A stretch of DNA of 64,000 nt, from the NCBI GenBank assembly GCA_030390025.1, contig CM059425.1, forward strand, positions 260,338,001 through 260,402,000, given 5' to 3'. The notes under the pieces were generated by a model that was given only the letters and a program-made list of their open reading frames with translations, had not been told where the DNA came from and ran no database searches. Both the position numbers and the translations under genes were made by a program. This document shows, piece after piece, positions 61,760 to 64,000 of the stretch. Numbering within the stretch: the stretch's first letter is position 1; every line of letters begins with the position of its first letter. Origin of the DNA: Squalus acanthias (taxonomy: Eukaryota).

Positions 61760-64000
61760 ACATGAGAACATAAGAACATAAGAAATAGGAGCAGGAGTAG
61801 ACCAATCGGCCCCTCGAGCCTGCTCCGCCATTCAATAAGATCATGGCTGATCTGATCCTAACCTCAAATCTAAAGAACACAAGAAGTAGGAGCAGGACCC
61901 GGCCACTCAGCCCCTGGGCCCACTCCACCACCCACAGGGCCTTGTCCGATCCGAACAGCCTCATGTCCAATTTCCTGCCCGCTCACCGTAACCCCTAATT
62001 CCCTTTACCTCTAGGAAACTATCTATTTCTGTTTTAAATTTATTTAATGATGTAGATTCCACAGCTTCCTGGGGCAGCAAATTCCACAGACCTACTACCC
62101 TCTGTGTGAAGAAGTTTCTCCTCATCTCAGTTTTGAAAGAGCAGCCCCTTATTCTAAGATTATGCCCCCTAGTTCTAGTTTCACCCATTCTTGGGAACAT
62201 CCTTAGCGCATCCACCCGATCAAGCCCCTTCACAATCTTATATGTTTCAATAAGATCGCCTCTCATTCTTCTGAACTCCAATGAGTAGAGTCCCAATCTA
62301 CTCAACCTCTCCTCATATGTCCACCCCTTCATCCCCGGGATTAACCGAGTGAACCTTCTTTGTACTGCCTCGAGAGCAAGTATGTCTTTTATTAAGTATG
62401 GACACCAAAACTGTATGCAGTATTCCAGGTGCGGTCTCACCAATACCTTATATAACTGCAGCAATACCTCCCTGTTTTTACAATCTATCCCCCTAGCAAT
62501 AAAAGCCAACATTCCGTTGGCCTTCTTCATCACCTGCTGCACCTGCATACTAACTTTTTGATTTTCTTGCACCAAGACCCCCAGATCCCTTTGTACTGCA
62601 GTACTTTCCAGTTTCTCGCCATTAAGATAATAACTTGCTCTCTGATTTTTCCTGCCAAAAGTGCATAACCTCACATTTTCCAATATTGTATTGCATCTGC
62701 CAAATCTCTGCCCACTCACCCAGCCTGTCTATATCCCCTTGTAGGTTTTTTATGTCCTCCTCACTTTCTACTTCCCCTCCCATCTTTGTATCATCTGCAA
62801 ACTTTGATATGTTACACTCGGTCCCCTCCTACAAATCGTTAATATAGATTGTAAAGAGTTGGGGACCCAGCACCGACCCCTGCGGAACACCACTGGCTAC
62901 TGGTTGCCAGTCCGAAAATGAACCATTTATCCCAACTCTCTGCTTCCTGTTAGATAACCAATCCTCCACCCATGCCAGAATATTACCCCCAATCCAGTGA
63001 TTTTTTATCTTGAGCAATAATCTTTTATGTGGCACCTTGTCGAATGCCTTCTGGAAGTCTAAATACACTACGTCCACTGGTTCCCCTTTATCCACCCTAT
63101 ACGTTATGTCCTCGAAGAACTCAAGCAAATTTGTCAGACATGACTTCCCCTTCATAAAGCCATGCTGACTTTGTCCTATTAAATTATGTTTATCTAAATG
63201 TTCCGTTACTGTCTCCTTAATAATAGACTCCAAAATTTTACCCACCACAGATGTTAGGCTAACTGGTCTATAATTTCCAGCCTTCTGCCTACAACCCTTT
63301 TTAAATAAGGGTGTTGCATTAGCAGTTTTCCAATCTGCCGGGACCTTTGCTGAGTCCAGGGAATTTTGGAAAATTATTACCAAAGTATCCACAATCCCTA
63401 CTGCCACTTCCCTGAAGACCCTAGGATGTAAGCCATCAGGTCCAGGGGATTTATCCGCCTTGAGTCCCATTATTTTACTGAGTACCAATTCCTTAGTGAT
63501 TTTAATCGTATTTAGCTCCTCCCCCCCTAGAGCCCCCTGTTTGTCCAGTTTTGGGATATTCTTAGTGTCCTCTACCGTAAAGACTGAAACAAAATATTTG
63601 TTCAGCATTTTTGCCATCTCCATGTTTCCCACCATTAATTTCCTGGTCTCATCCTCTAAGGGACCAACGTTTGCCTTAGCCACCCTTTTTCTTTTTATAT
63701 AACTATAGAAACTCTTGCTATATATTTTTATATTTTTTGCTAATTTATTTTCATAATCTATCTTCCCTTTCTTAATCAATCCTTTAGTTACTTTTTGCTG
63801 TCTTTTGAAGACTTCCCAATCTTCTATCCTCCCACGAAGTTTGGCTACCTTACATGTCCTTGTTTTTAGTCGGATACTATCCTTAATATCTTTACTTAGC
63901 CACGGATGGCTGTCATTTCTTTTACACCCTTTTTTCCTCAGTGGAATATATTTCTTTTGAAAGTTGTAAAATAACTCCTTAAATGAACACCACTGCTCAT
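61760..64000 (-). mobile_element. CR1 LINE 3' part, continues beyond the window
   Basis: RT motifs in ORFs 62829-63779 and 61961-62719, with the same double 3' end as 41101-42975. Confidence 0.93.

Overview
Eukaryotic, repeat-dense DNA, most likely from a cartilaginous fish (inferred from HE1/V-SINE-like and SacSINE/Deu-like SINEs, abundant CR1 LINEs and Harbinger-type MITEs). Most long ORFs in the track are CR1 ORF1/ORF2 fragments or artefacts of a 7.8-kb G-rich minisatellite. Among the repeats are two tandem, minus-strand, spliced Siglec-15-like Ig-superfamily genes with the layout leader, V-set, V-set, C2-set+TM; I reconstructed the exons by hand from GT-AG sites and phase-1 junctions. Gene A (ATG 30677, running off the left edge) has an uncharged TM. 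Its tail is built from at least five homologous 72-nt phase-1 cassette exons spread over 25 kb; four carry YxxV motifs, one of them a canonical ITIM (VLYSTV). Gene B (ATG 52426 to about 46780) has a nearly identical ectodomain but a remodelled TM with an Arg. A 9-nt deletion removes its post-TM splice donor and leaves a short Tyr-free tail. Together they look like an inhibitory/activating paired-receptor system, with divergence concentrated around the predicted sialic-acid-binding Arg and the TM. Other items: inverted solo LTRs around gene B's 5' half, a Penelope-like mini-insertion with a minimal hammerhead ribozyme, nested CR1 stacks, and differential satellite expansion at a duplicated tail exon. 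All function assignments are inference; no searches were run.
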